Assembly: GCF_000039765.1 (NCBI RefSeq)
Contig: NC_004459.3
Location: forward strand, 2,451,127-2,483,126
Source: Vibrio vulnificus CMCP6
GTDB taxonomy: Bacteria > Pseudomonadota > Gammaproteobacteria > Enterobacterales > Vibrionaceae
DNA length: 32,000 nucleotides
Reading direction: 5' to 3'
Shown: in pieces, positions 8,290 to 16,317 of the stretch
Layout: every line of letters begins with the position of its first letter
How positions within the stretch are numbered: position 1 is the first letter of the stretch
Program-made: the position numbers and the translations under genes
Notes under the pieces: model-generated
What the model saw: the letters and a program-made list of their open reading frames with translations, nothing else
What the model was told of the DNA's origin: nothing
The model's database searches: none

Positions 8290-8715
8290 ATGTCAGAAGA
8301 ACATATGCTTAGAGCTTTGGAAGTTTCTAAGTTTGCTTTGCCAAATTGCCTACCTAATCCACCAGTTGGTTGTGTGTTAGTTAAAGAAGGCAGTATTGTA
8401 GCCGAGGGCTTTACCCAAAAAATTGGCGGTAACCATGCAGAAGTGCAAGCGCTTGAAGCGTACTCAGGCGATATGGACAGTGTCACAGCCTACGTAACAT
8501 TAGAGCCCTGTTCATTTATTGGTAGAACACCTGCCTGTGCTGCGACTCTCGTAAAGTCGGGCATTAAACATGTCGTTGTTTCAATACTTGACCCAGATCC
8601 ACGCAATGGTGGGCGCGGGATTCAAATTCTTGAGCAAGCCGGCGTACAAGTAGATATTGGGCTATGTAGCAGTCAGGTTAGCGCTTTTTTAGAGCCATAT
8701 CTGGGAAAGTCGTAG
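8290..8715 (+). CDS. stand-alone RibD-like (CDA-fold) pyrimidine deaminase domain, 141 aa
   Basis: NPPVGCVLV, zinc motifs HAE and EPCSFIGRTPAC, DPDPRNGGRG; collinear with the N-terminal deaminase domain of RibD; no reductase domain. Confidence 0.85.
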   Translation: MSEEHMLRALEVSKFALPNCLPNPPVGCVLVKEGSIVAEGFTQKIGGNHAEVQALEAYSGDMDSVTAYVTLEPCSFIGRTPACAATLVKSGIKHVVVSILDPDPRNGGRGIQILEQAGVQVDIGLCSSQVSAFLEPYLGKS

Positions 8716-8719
8716 CGGC

Positions 8720-8848
8720 ATATAACAAACGCCTCAAGAGGGACTGTCAACGCGTGGCGTTTCCAGTCCCAATGAGCCGCGGTGGTTACGGTTGTTGTGT
8801 TTGAGTTTAGTTGTTATGCGTTGCCAGCCCCTTAGGCGGGCGTTATGT
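8720..8848 (+). repeat. attC site 14 (subtype V, V. cholerae VCR-like, 129 bp)
   Basis: R'' ATATAAC / R' GTTATGT; ..ACAAACGCCTCAAGAGGGACTGTCAACGCGTGGCGTTTCCAGTCCC..GCGTTGCCAGCCCCTTAGGCGGGCGTTA. Confidence 0.9.
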
Positions 8849-8861
8849 TTTCGGAGGTAAA

Positions 8862-9326
8862 ATGACAAGTCCGAGAGTTTTAAAAGCTCAAATTAAAGAT
8901 GTTATTTGTGGCGAAAATGTCACCGTTATCGAGCCTTCTAATATTTATGGCTGTGAGCTAAAGGATGACGTGTTTATTGGTCCGTTTGTAGAAATACAAA
9001 AAAACTCCGTAATTGGCGCTCGAACAAAGATCCAGTCACACACTTTTATTTGTGAGTATGTAACCATTGGCAACGATTGCTTCGTTGGTCATGGGGTTAT
9101 GTTTGCTAACGATCTTTTTAAGAACGGTCAGCCAGACCCAAATCCAGATAACTGGGGACGCACAGTTATCGCTAACAACGTTACAATTGGATCTAATGCA
9201 ACAGTGTTACCAGTTAGCATATGCGATGGCGTAGTTATTGGTGCTGGTAGTGTTGTGACTAAGAACATTACAGAGAAAGGGATCTACGCAGGAAATCCGG
9301 CTAAAAAGTTAAGAGACTTGCCGTAA
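8862..9326 (+). CDS. hexapeptide-repeat (left-handed beta-helix) acyl/acetyltransferase, 154 aa
   Basis: ATG after SD ggaggt; repeated [LIV]-G-x4 hexapeptides (VIGARTKI, TIGNDCFV, TIGSNATV, VIGAGSVV). Confidence 0.8.
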   Translation: MTSPRVLKAQIKDVICGENVTVIEPSNIYGCELKDDVFIGPFVEIQKNSVIGARTKIQSHTFICEYVTIGNDCFVGHGVMFANDLFKNGQPDPNPDNWGRTVIANNVTIGSNATVLPVSICDGVVIGAGSVVTKNITEKGIYAGNPAKKLRDLP

Positions 9327-9332
9327 GTACAA

Positions 9333-9461
9333 ACATAACAAACGCCTCAAGAGGGACTGTCAACGCGTGGCGTTTCCAGTCCCATTGAGCCGCGGTGGTT
9401 GCAGTTGTTGCGTTTGAGTTTAGTGGTAATGCGTTGCCAGCCCCTTAGGCGGGCGTTAGGC
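9333..9461 (+). repeat. attC site 15 (subtype V, VCR-like, 129 bp)
   Basis: R'' ACATAAC / R' GTTAGGC; near-copy of attC 14. Confidence 0.9.
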
Positions 9462-9491
9462 ATCAGTGGCAATTATTCAGAAACTAATATT

Positions 9492-10070
9492 ATGAAAGAT
9501 ATATTTAAACCAGTCTTAGATGACAATGAAGAAGTACTGTGGGTGGAAAAGCCTTATTTTATAGCATACATGCTAAATGCTTCTTTTGTGTTCTTATGCG
9601 GAATCCCACTATTTTTATTTTTAGGTAGGTCGTCCTCGGAACTTTTTCCTACAGATCCGGTGCAGCTTTTATCTGAGGGGTGTGTCATGTGGTTTGGTTT
9701 AGCGCTAATAATATACAAGTTACTAGTGTATCCAAACACGTTCTATGCGTATTCTAATAAGCGGCTTCTCTTTCGAAGTGGTTTTATGGGTATTGATTAC
9801 AAAGTGATTGATTACGATAAGATCACAAATGCTGAAGTTAATATTAATCCAATTGAGAGTTTGTTTAACGTTGGAACAATCAAGATTTTTTGTGGTGAAG
9901 TCGGCGGTAAAGGTCAACAAATCACTAATGATATAATAGCGATCCCTTACCCAAATGATACATTCAAAAATATCAAACAAGTTTCTATCGATGTTAAGTC
10001 TGACTTGCACTATCCCAACTCACTCCGACCTGAAGAGAACCCCGGTTACAAGACCAAATACAAAAAATGA
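9492..10070 (+). CDS. membrane protein with bacterial PH domain (bPH_2/DUF304-like), 192 aa
   Basis: two TM helices then YAYSNKRLLFRSGFMGIDYKVIDYDKITNAEV..GTIKIF, the usual bPH_2 pattern; track start 9399 lies in attC. Confidence 0.7.
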   Translation: MKDIFKPVLDDNEEVLWVEKPYFIAYMLNASFVFLCGIPLFLFLGRSSSELFPTDPVQLLSEGCVMWFGLALIIYKLLVYPNTFYAYSNKRLLFRSGFMGIDYKVIDYDKITNAEVNINPIESLFNVGTIKIFCGEVGGKGQQITNDIIAIPYPNDTFKNIKQVSIDVKSDLHYPNSLRPEENPGYKTKYKK

Positions 10071-10090
10071 TTGATTTTGTTGGGTAAGAT

Positions 10091-10216
10091 GCCTAACAAA
10101 CTGTTCAAGAGGGATTCGCAACGCGTGGCATTGTCACTATGCGTTGGTTTAAGTGTTTAAGGAGGCATGCAGCGGCATCGGTATTGCGTTGCTCACCCCT
10201 TAACAGGGCGTTATAT
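10091..10216 (+). repeat. attC site 16 (subtype I, 126 bp)
   Basis: R'' GCCTAAC / R' GTTATAT. Confidence 0.9.
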
Positions 10217-10239
10217 GCTTTATCAGTTCAGGAGAAGAA

Positions 10240-10611
10240 ATGGATATTTTAGTGGAACAAGAAATCGAACTTCATCAGTATGAGATACGTAAAAATAGAG
10301 CTGATATTGAACGCCTAATTCACCCGAGTTTTACTGAAGTTGGTAAATCAGGTAACAGTTTTAACTTTAACTCGATAATCGAAATGATGAGTTCAGAAAA
10401 GCCTTCGAATTTTCATGTTCATTCGCAAAAATATGAATGTATTCAACTTGAGCCGTCAGTTCAGCTTCTTAAATATGAATCAGCTTTAGTCAAAGAGTCT
10501 GGTGAAGTAAGCGATTATGCTAAACGTTGTTCTATTTGGGCTTTTACCGGGAGCTGCTGGCAGTTGAAGTATCATCAAGGAACGCCATGCGCGGCTTTTG
10601 AACTGATATAA
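10240..10611 (+). CDS. NTF2-like / DUF4440 family protein, 123 aa
   Basis: SD aggag; ..LIHPSFTEVGKSGNSF.. and C-terminal ..CWQLKYHQGTP are typical of DUF4440 proteins. Confidence 0.8.
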   Translation: MDILVEQEIELHQYEIRKNRADIERLIHPSFTEVGKSGNSFNFNSIIEMMSSEKPSNFHVHSQKYECIQLEPSVQLLKYESALVKESGEVSDYAKRCSIWAFTGSCWQLKYHQGTPCAAFELI

Positions 10612-10632
10612 AGCTAGGCTTGGTGGTCAGGC

Positions 10633-10760
10633 ATATAACAAACAATTTAAGAGGGATTCCCAACGCTTGGCATTTTTGCTTCTACTTCAATTTTAGTGGT
10701 TACGGTACAATGTTTTAGGTTGGGTGGTAGCGTTGCTCACCCCTTAATTGGGCGTTATAC
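10633..10760 (+). repeat. attC site 17 (subtype IV, 128 bp)
   Basis: R'' ATATAAC / R' GTTATAC. Confidence 0.9.
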
Positions 10761-10776
10761 CGCAAAGGAGAAATCA

Positions 10777-11238
10777 ATGATAAAGCAAATAAGCGGTACA
10801 GATCAGTCGCTCTTATCTCTATCAAAAACAACCTTCTCCGAGCTAAGAAGAATCTATCGCCCGACTTCCGAAGCCCACAGAAATCCAGTTAGTTCAACAG
10901 ATGAGTGGACTTGTTTGGGGTACTATTTGGATGACAAGTTAGTGGGTATTATAAAAGCTAAATTGTCTGGCAATATGCTTAATTTAAGTACACTTGCTGT
11001 CATGTCTGAGTACCGTAAAAGAGGTGTCGCTCGAAACTTAATTTTAGAGGCAGAGCGTATGTTCTCATCGGCAGATTTACTCTCAGTTTGGTGTGTTGAG
11101 CAAACTGGAAACGTGGAGATCTTTGAGGCATTAGGTTTCAAGGTTGCGGAGCGGGTTGCATCAGGTATTTTTGGGTTGGCTGACAACTCAAACGCTAAAG
11201 CAGTAGAAGTTCGTTTGGAGCGGCAGGCAGCGGTATAA
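10777..11238 (+). CDS. GNAT family N-acetyltransferase, 153 aa
   Basis: ATG after SD aaaggag; motif A YRKRGVARNLI; stop inside R'' of attC 18. Confidence 0.8.
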   Translation: MIKQISGTDQSLLSLSKTTFSELRRIYRPTSEAHRNPVSSTDEWTCLGYYLDDKLVGIIKAKLSGNMLNLSTLAVMSEYRKRGVARNLILEAERMFSSADLLSVWCVEQTGNVEIFEALGFKVAERVASGIFGLADNSNAKAVEVRLERQAAV

Positions 11239-11358
11239 CAAATTGTTCAAGAGTGATTCGGCACGCGTGGCATTTTTACCATGCGTCAGGTTTTGTGGTT
11301 AAGGTGATATGCGGAGGCTTCGGTATTGCGTGCCTCACACCTTAACAAGGCGTTATGT
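11233..11358 (+). repeat. attC site 18 (subtype I variant, 126 bp)
   Basis: R'' GTATAAC / R' GTTATGT. Confidence 0.9.
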
Positions 11359-11365
11359 GCTTGAT

Positions 11366-11400
11366 GGAAAAACCCTACAATCTAGATCAACTGTAGGGTT
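11366..11400 (-). terminator. Rho-independent terminator for the reverse-oriented gene
   Basis: 9-bp stem aaccctaca (11371-11379) / tgtagggtt (11392-11400), 12-nt loop; on the - strand followed by a T-run (tgtagggtttttcc); 22 nt past the stop. Confidence 0.7.
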
Positions 11401-11422
11401 TATGTAGTGTAGATATGATTGA

Positions 11423-11623
11423 CTAAGACGCATGTTTTCTGAGCTCGTGTGGGTAAACTCTCATTCCATTTAAGGTGTTTTCGTACACAGAGAGCTCTTG
11501 AATGTAAGACCAAACGTGAGCGTCTGTGCTGGTTTGTGCCGCTAGACGAGAGATCACAGCGTCGATATTGCGGCCTGCATAATCTTTGTGAGGAACGAAC
11601 AAATCCCTTATAGCTGACAACAT
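11423..11623 (-). CDS. hypothetical protein, 66 aa; the only reverse-oriented cassette gene
   Basis: ATG with strong SD on the - strand (cacaaggagttaactATG); own terminator; track ORF start 11695 lacks an SD. Confidence 0.7.
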   Translation of the reverse strand: MLSAIRDLFVPHKDYAGRNIDAVISRLAAQTSTDAHVWSYIQELSVYENTLNGMRVYPHELRKHAS

Positions 11624-11762
11624 AGTTAACTCCTTGTGTAATAAAATTACAGTGTTGTATAAATAAAACGTAGTAGGGTTTGTTTGTATGATCAAGTTAG
11701 GCGCATAAATTTAATTTAGATTTCATAATTGTAATTTTATGGTCAGACTACGCAGGGTACGC

Positions 11763-11890
11763 ACATAACAAAGCATTTAAGAGTGATTCCCAACGCTTGG
11801 CATTCTCATCTCAAGGTTGGTTTTGTGTTTACGGTGCAATGGTTTAAGTTAGGTGGTTAGCGTTGCTCACACCTTAATGCGGCGTTATGC
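11763..11890 (+). repeat. attC site 19 (subtype IV, 128 bp)
   Basis: R'' ACATAAC / R' GTTATGC. Confidence 0.9.
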
Positions 11891-12235
11891 TTAATCACGT
11901 AAAATCAGTGGTTTATGGTTTTTCTTTGTTCCCTCGGCTGGTTGATTTCGAGTTTGTCGGCAAGTTAGCTTCATTGGGCGCTGTTTTCTGGACATTTATT
12001 CTTTGGCGCTGAAAATTCAGAGCGTTGCCTCAGTCAATTTTCGGGTAAGCGCGAGGTTAGGGAAGTTGGCTCAATCAGCAATTTTATCTTAGGTTTTTGA
12101 GTTTTAGCGGCCGAATTTCAAAGCCCAGATTTCCAAAACTATGAGTCATTTCGGTTTTCTATGTTTTGGCTTTTGTTTGTAAATCAAAGTCGAGTTAATC
12201 TTGTTTCTAGTAAAACGTAACCCATTGAAGCTTAA
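11891..12235 (+). mobile_element. gene-less cassette body, family A copy 2
   Basis: aligns with the other A copies; no conserved ORF. Confidence 0.8.
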
Positions 12236-12362
12236 GCATAACAAGGCGTTTAAGTGGGATTTGGCACGCGTGGCATTTTCAGTTTGCGTTGGGTTCAGTG
12301 GTTACGGTACTGTGCGGTAGCTTTTGTATTGCGTGCCTGCACCCCTTAACGCAGCGTTATGT
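12236..12362 (+). repeat. attC site 20 (subtype II, 127 bp)
   Basis: R'' GCATAAC / R' GTTATGT. Confidence 0.9.
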
Positions 12363-12708
12363 TTAATCACGTAAAATCAGTTGGTTGCACTCTTTTTTGC
12401 TCACGCAGCTTTCAAGTTTTTCCCTTGTCGGCAAGTTAACATCGTTGATCGCTGTTTTCTGGACTCCAATTCGTGGGCGCTAAAAATTCAGAGAGTTGCC
12501 TCATTGAAATGTAGTGTTTGGGTGAGGCGAGTGCAGCTTGCTCAGTTTTAAAGTTAGAGCTTCAGGTTTTCGTTTTCTAACATTGCAACTCAAAGTAAAT
12601 CCAATTAATTTTATTAGTTAATTCAGTTTTTTAGGCTGTGGCTTTGGTGTGTAAAGGTAAGTCGAGTTAAGCTCTTGGTATCGTAAAACTTAACCCTTTG
12701 AGTCTTAA
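12363..12708 (+). mobile_element. gene-less cassette body, family B copy 2
   Basis: aligns with 6319-6654. Confidence 0.8.
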
Positions 12709-12835
12709 ACATAACAAGGCGTTCAAGTGGGATTCATGCCGCGTGGCATTTTTGGTATGCGGTTGGTTTTGGTGGTGAAAGTGGTGTGCGGAAAGCTGGT
12801 TTAGGCGGCATTCACCCCTTAACGCGGCGTTAGGC
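12709..12835 (+). repeat. attC site 21 (subtype III, 127 bp)
   Basis: R'' ACATAAC / R' GTTAGGC. Confidence 0.9.
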
Positions 12836-12848
12836 AATAGAGGTAAAA

Positions 12849-13772
12849 ATGAGCATTAGCGATATAAAAGATCTGATTCAAATATTTGGAAGTTTTGGCA
12901 TTGGAGCAATAATAGGGGCTGGCTTTCTCTTTTTTGTATTAAAGTCATTCTTACCCGCTTATTTTACCGAAAAAGCTAAGAATCTCGCGACGAAAGAAGA
13001 TATTGGAGAAATTACTAGTGAAGTTGAACAAGTCAAATCTGGTTATGCAGAGATGCTTGAAGAGGTTAAAAGTAACCATCAATTGAGACTAGCATCAATT
13101 GAAAGAGAAAAGCTCCTTAAGAAAGAAGTATACCTAGATAGTGTAGAAGCATTGACTAAGTATCAAGGCGCTTTAGGTTTGATGGCAAACCTTGATATTT
13201 CGAACCAGATAATAGCGGACTCATTTTCAGAGAACGCAGCTCAGATTGCTAAAATCACTCTGGTTGGGACGGAAATAACGGTAAAGAATTTAACTAACTT
13301 CACCGGTGAAGTAGGTGTAGCATATATGAGTCTTTTCCTCGAACGTGGTCTATTAATAAACCGTAAGGTTCATATCGAGTTCTTAGAAACTTATAGAAAA
13401 AAGCACAATGATGAAATCGAGCGCTGCTTAACCATTATGAAAAACATGAACTTAGATGGCGTCAGAGATGAAGGTGCATGGGGGCGTGTAAATCTTGCTT
13501 TTGAAAATGAGTGTAAGTCGCGAGATCAGATAGCATCTGAAATTGATGCGAATTGGGCTGTTCAAAATGAAGAACATTTTAAGTTTACTGAGCGTTGTAT
13601 GTCTGAGTTTTTTCGAGTCAATGACTTAACTCCTCACCTCCTTCTTTCTGTGCGAGAGGAGTTAGATCTTGAGCTAGATGAAAGTGAGTATATTAAAATT
13701 CACGCAGCTAATTCACAGAAAGGTCGTGCAGTTTTCGAAACTTTTATGAGCAACCTGCAAAATATTGCCTAA
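12849..13772 (+). CDS. N-terminally membrane-anchored, mostly helical hypothetical protein, 307 aa
   Basis: SD agaggt; TM FGSFGIGAIIGAGFLFFVL followed by a charged, heptad-like region; stop inside R'' of attC 22. Confidence 0.75.
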   Translation: MSISDIKDLIQIFGSFGIGAIIGAGFLFFVLKSFLPAYFTEKAKNLATKEDIGEITSEVEQVKSGYAEMLEEVKSNHQLRLASIEREKLLKKEVYLDSVEALTKYQGALGLMANLDISNQIIADSFSENAAQIAKITLVGTEITVKNLTNFTGEVGVAYMSLFLERGLLINRKVHIEFLETYRKKHNDEIERCLTIMKNMNLDGVRDEGAWGRVNLAFENECKSRDQIASEIDANWAVQNEEHFKFTERCMSEFFRVNDLTPHLLLSVREELDLELDESEYIKIHAANSQKGRAVFETFMSNLQNIA

Positions 13773-13895
13773 CAAAGCATTTAAGAGTGATTCGCAACGC
13801 TTGGCATTTTTCACTCCATCGTTGGGTTTTGTGTTTACGGTGGCATTGTTTAGGTTAGGTGGTAGCGTTGCTCACACCTTAATGCGGCGTTATAC
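13767..13895 (+). repeat. attC site 22 (subtype IV, 129 bp)
   Basis: R'' GCCTAAC / R' GTTATAC. Confidence 0.9.
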
Positions 13896-13922
13896 CTTTA
13901 TCTGTAGTTATTTGGAGTCAGA

Positions 13923-14555
13923 GTGTTTTCAGATTTATTAAGAATATTAAAAGTGCTTTTTTCTGGCTTGGAGAAAGTAAAATCTATCTCTGATGATGCC
14001 CAAAGGCAAAAAGCACATGTACAAATATTTTCGACATACTTTGTCTTAAAAGACATGACCGAAGATGCCTTACGTCTTATGAACAGCTGTGGGTGGGATC
14101 CTGTTCATTATATCGGGTCACTCAAAGATGAAGACTTGAAGCCGTATCTCTCAGTTTGTGACTGTATTCTCCGTGAGCAAGGGGCTAGGCTATATGTGCT
14201 CCAGCAAGCCATCTTTTCAGATTCATGCCTTGCTTTCAAAGACTATGAGTTGCAGAAGCGGTTAAGGGAAATAATTGGTCATAAAAGTGATCGAGTACGG
14301 ACTCTACATGGTGCAGCTTCTGGCTTGGTTATTAATGCAATGCTGCCGACTTGTGAAACACCAGAAGACCGCATTGAATTAATATTAAGCATGTCTGGTG
14401 TAGATCCTGATGCAGTTAATGCTAAAGAAATCGAAATAGAGATCAGAGAGTTTGAATCGTTACTTACTCGTTATAAAGAGTACGCGGAACAGCTTGTAGA
14501 ACCATCAAACTTGATAAAAGTAATAGAAAAAGCCCGTTCAAATGCAAATGGTTAG
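13923..14555 (+). CDS. hypothetical protein, 210 aa
   Basis: GTG start 5 nt after SD ggag (13914-13917); fills the cassette; no family recognised. Confidence 0.7.
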   Translation: MFSDLLRILKVLFSGLEKVKSISDDAQRQKAHVQIFSTYFVLKDMTEDALRLMNSCGWDPVHYIGSLKDEDLKPYLSVCDCILREQGARLYVLQQAIFSDSCLAFKDYELQKRLREIIGHKSDRVRTLHGAASGLVINAMLPTCETPEDRIELILSMSGVDPDAVNAKEIEIEIREFESLLTRYKEYAEQLVEPSNLIKVIEKARSNANG

Positions 14556-14560
14556 AACAG

Positions 14561-14686
14561 GTATAACAAACTGTTTAAGAGGGATTCGCAACGCGTGGCA
14601 TTTTTACTGTGCGTTGGTTTTAGTGTTTAAGGTGGTATGCAGCGACTTTGGTATTGCGTTGCTCACCCCTTAACAGAGCGTTATGT
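14561..14686 (+). repeat. attC site 23 (subtype I, 126 bp)
   Basis: R'' GTATAAC / R' GTTATGT. Confidence 0.9.
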
Positions 14687-15019
14687 TTAATTACGTAAAA
14701 TCAGCAGCTTGCATCTTTTCTTGGATTTCTAATTTTGGCTTTGTCGGCAAGTTAACTTCAGTGGTCGCTGTTTTCTGGACTCCAAATTGTGGGCGCTAAA
14801 AATTCTGCGAGTTGCCTCAGTCAATTTTCGGATAAGCACGAGGTTAGGGTGGCTGGCTCAATCGGAAATTTGATCTTAGTTTTTTGAATTTTGACTGTTA
14901 AGTTCAAAGTTTGATTTTCAAAATTTTGAGTCGTTTCAGTTTTTAGGTTTTGGCTTTTGTTTGTAAATCAAAGCAGAGTTAATCTTGGTTTTGGTAAAAC
15001 GTAAGCCCTTGAAGCTTAA
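14687..15019 (+). mobile_element. gene-less cassette body, mosaic of B-type 5' half and A-type 3' half
   Basis: up to ~14811-14820 (gttgcctcag) it follows family B; after that it follows family A (..gtcaattttcgg.taagc.cgaggttaggg..). Confidence 0.75.
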
Positions 15020-15146
15020 ACATAACAAGGCGTTCAAGTGGGATTCATGCCGCGTGGCATTTTTGGTATGCAGTGAGTTTTGGCGGTGAAAGTGGTCTGC
15101 GGAAAGTTGGTTTAGGCGGCATTCACCCCTTAACGCAGCGTTAGTT
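15020..15146 (+). repeat. attC site 24 (subtype III, 127 bp)
   Basis: R'' ACATAAC / R' GTTAGTT. Confidence 0.9.
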
Positions 15147-15505
15147 GCCAACGAGGAAAAATGTACCTGAAGCAGAATGTTTAGGGCTAATGTCGATGTG
15201 TTTTTGGCTAGGTTTTCGTATTTCCATTTCTAGTTATTTGGATTTGTGAAAATCGTGTTTTGGTTCCTTGTGCGGTTTGGGTTTTCTGCTGCAGACGCTG
15301 ATTAGCTTGTTGAAAGTCTGCTCTGCTGTATTGTCGTTCCAAAAGGTTTGTTTGGTGTTCAAAGTCCGTTTTCTACGGCGTTGTAAATTCCAAGTGGTTT
15401 CAGTGACAGACGCTTTGAAACTGCGCCTGATTTGAGTTTTCAGAACACATAACCTTAGTGTTGGCAAAGCGGTAATTGACTTCAAATGAAAGCGTTAGGC
15501 TTGGC
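15147..15505 (+). mobile_element. gene-less cassette body, family C copy 1
   Basis: aligns with 19719-20072 and 30577-30935; starts ttagttgccaacgaggaaaa, ends ttggcaactaac. Confidence 0.8.
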
Positions 15506-15634
15506 AACTAACAAAGCATTCAAGAGGGACAGTCAACGCGTGGCGAGTTTGGTTTAAATCTTGGCATCTGTGTTTACGGTGTTAAATTGAAGTTCTGTGG
15601 TAGCGCGTTGCTGCCCCTTAATGCGGCGTTAAGC
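15506..15634 (+). repeat. attC site 25 (divergent; 5' arm partly VCR-like, 129 bp)
   Basis: R'' AACTAAC / R' GTTAAGC; ..GGGACAGTCAACGCGTGGCG.. Confidence 0.85.
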
Positions 15635-15648
15635 TACTAGGAGAAAAT

Positions 15649-16176
15649 ATGGCACGAGTTAGAGTATATCCACACAATGATTTGATGAATCTTGCGCATT
15701 ATCAGAGAGAAACTATTCGTAATAAGTTAGCAAGCGATGAAGAATATGCATTAGCTTTAGATTGTTTATCATGTCTGATTTCATTGGCATTTTCAGTAGA
15801 AGCTCTCGTTAATTTCGTCGGTTCAAAGAGAGTTAAAGGGTGGGAAGAGCGCAAGCCTTACCATGACAAAATTTCTCAGGTGTGTTCTTCAGCAGGAGAA
15901 GAGTTTGATAAAAGTGTAGGTGTCTATAAATCGCTTTGGGAGCTGAAAGAATTGCGAGATTCAATCGCTCATGGGAAACCAATCGAATTTACTACAGATG
16001 TTAAAACTCGTGATGAATTACGCACGCAAATGCAATGCCCATGGGATAGCAGTTTGACTCCTGAACATGTAGAAACCAATTATGAAATCGTCAAAAATTT
16101 TGAACGAATGCTGTTTGAAAAATGTAAGATTAATATTGGTGAAACCGTTACCTCAGCGGTAATGGCGGGCAAGTAG
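15649..16176 (+). CDS. HEPN-like protein (Rx4H motif), 175 aa
   Basis: SD aggag; helical-looking sequence with ELRDSIAHG (R103-H108, nt 15955-15972), matching the HEPN R[ND]xxxH signature. Confidence 0.55.
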   Translation: MARVRVYPHNDLMNLAHYQRETIRNKLASDEEYALALDCLSCLISLAFSVEALVNFVGSKRVKGWEERKPYHDKISQVCSSAGEEFDKSVGVYKSLWELKELRDSIAHGKPIEFTTDVKTRDELRTQMQCPWDSSLTPEHVETNYEIVKNFERMLFEKCKINIGETVTSAVMAGK

Positions 16177-16301
16177 CTTAACAATCTGTTTAAGAGTGAT
16201 TCGCAACGCTTGGCATTTTTGCTATGCGTTGCGTGTAGTGTTTAAGGTGGTATGCGATAGCTTCGGTATTGCGTTGCTCACACCTTAACAGGGCGTTAAG
16301 T
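16176..16301 (+). repeat. attC site 26 (subtype I, 126 bp)
   Basis: R'' GCTTAAC / R' GTTAAGT. Confidence 0.9.
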
Positions 16302-16317
16302 GTCAAAAGGAGAAATA

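Noticed and set aside
14936-15151. Minus-strand ORFs with a recurring ..NAALRGECRLNQLSADH.. peptide: 14936..15151 and 23587..23826, with related ones at 2519..2776, 6569..6757, 8169..8486, 16190..16390 and 29321..29533
   Set aside because: They start or run through attC sites on the antisense strand. The similarity is attC-derived, and they have no SD and no independent conservation.
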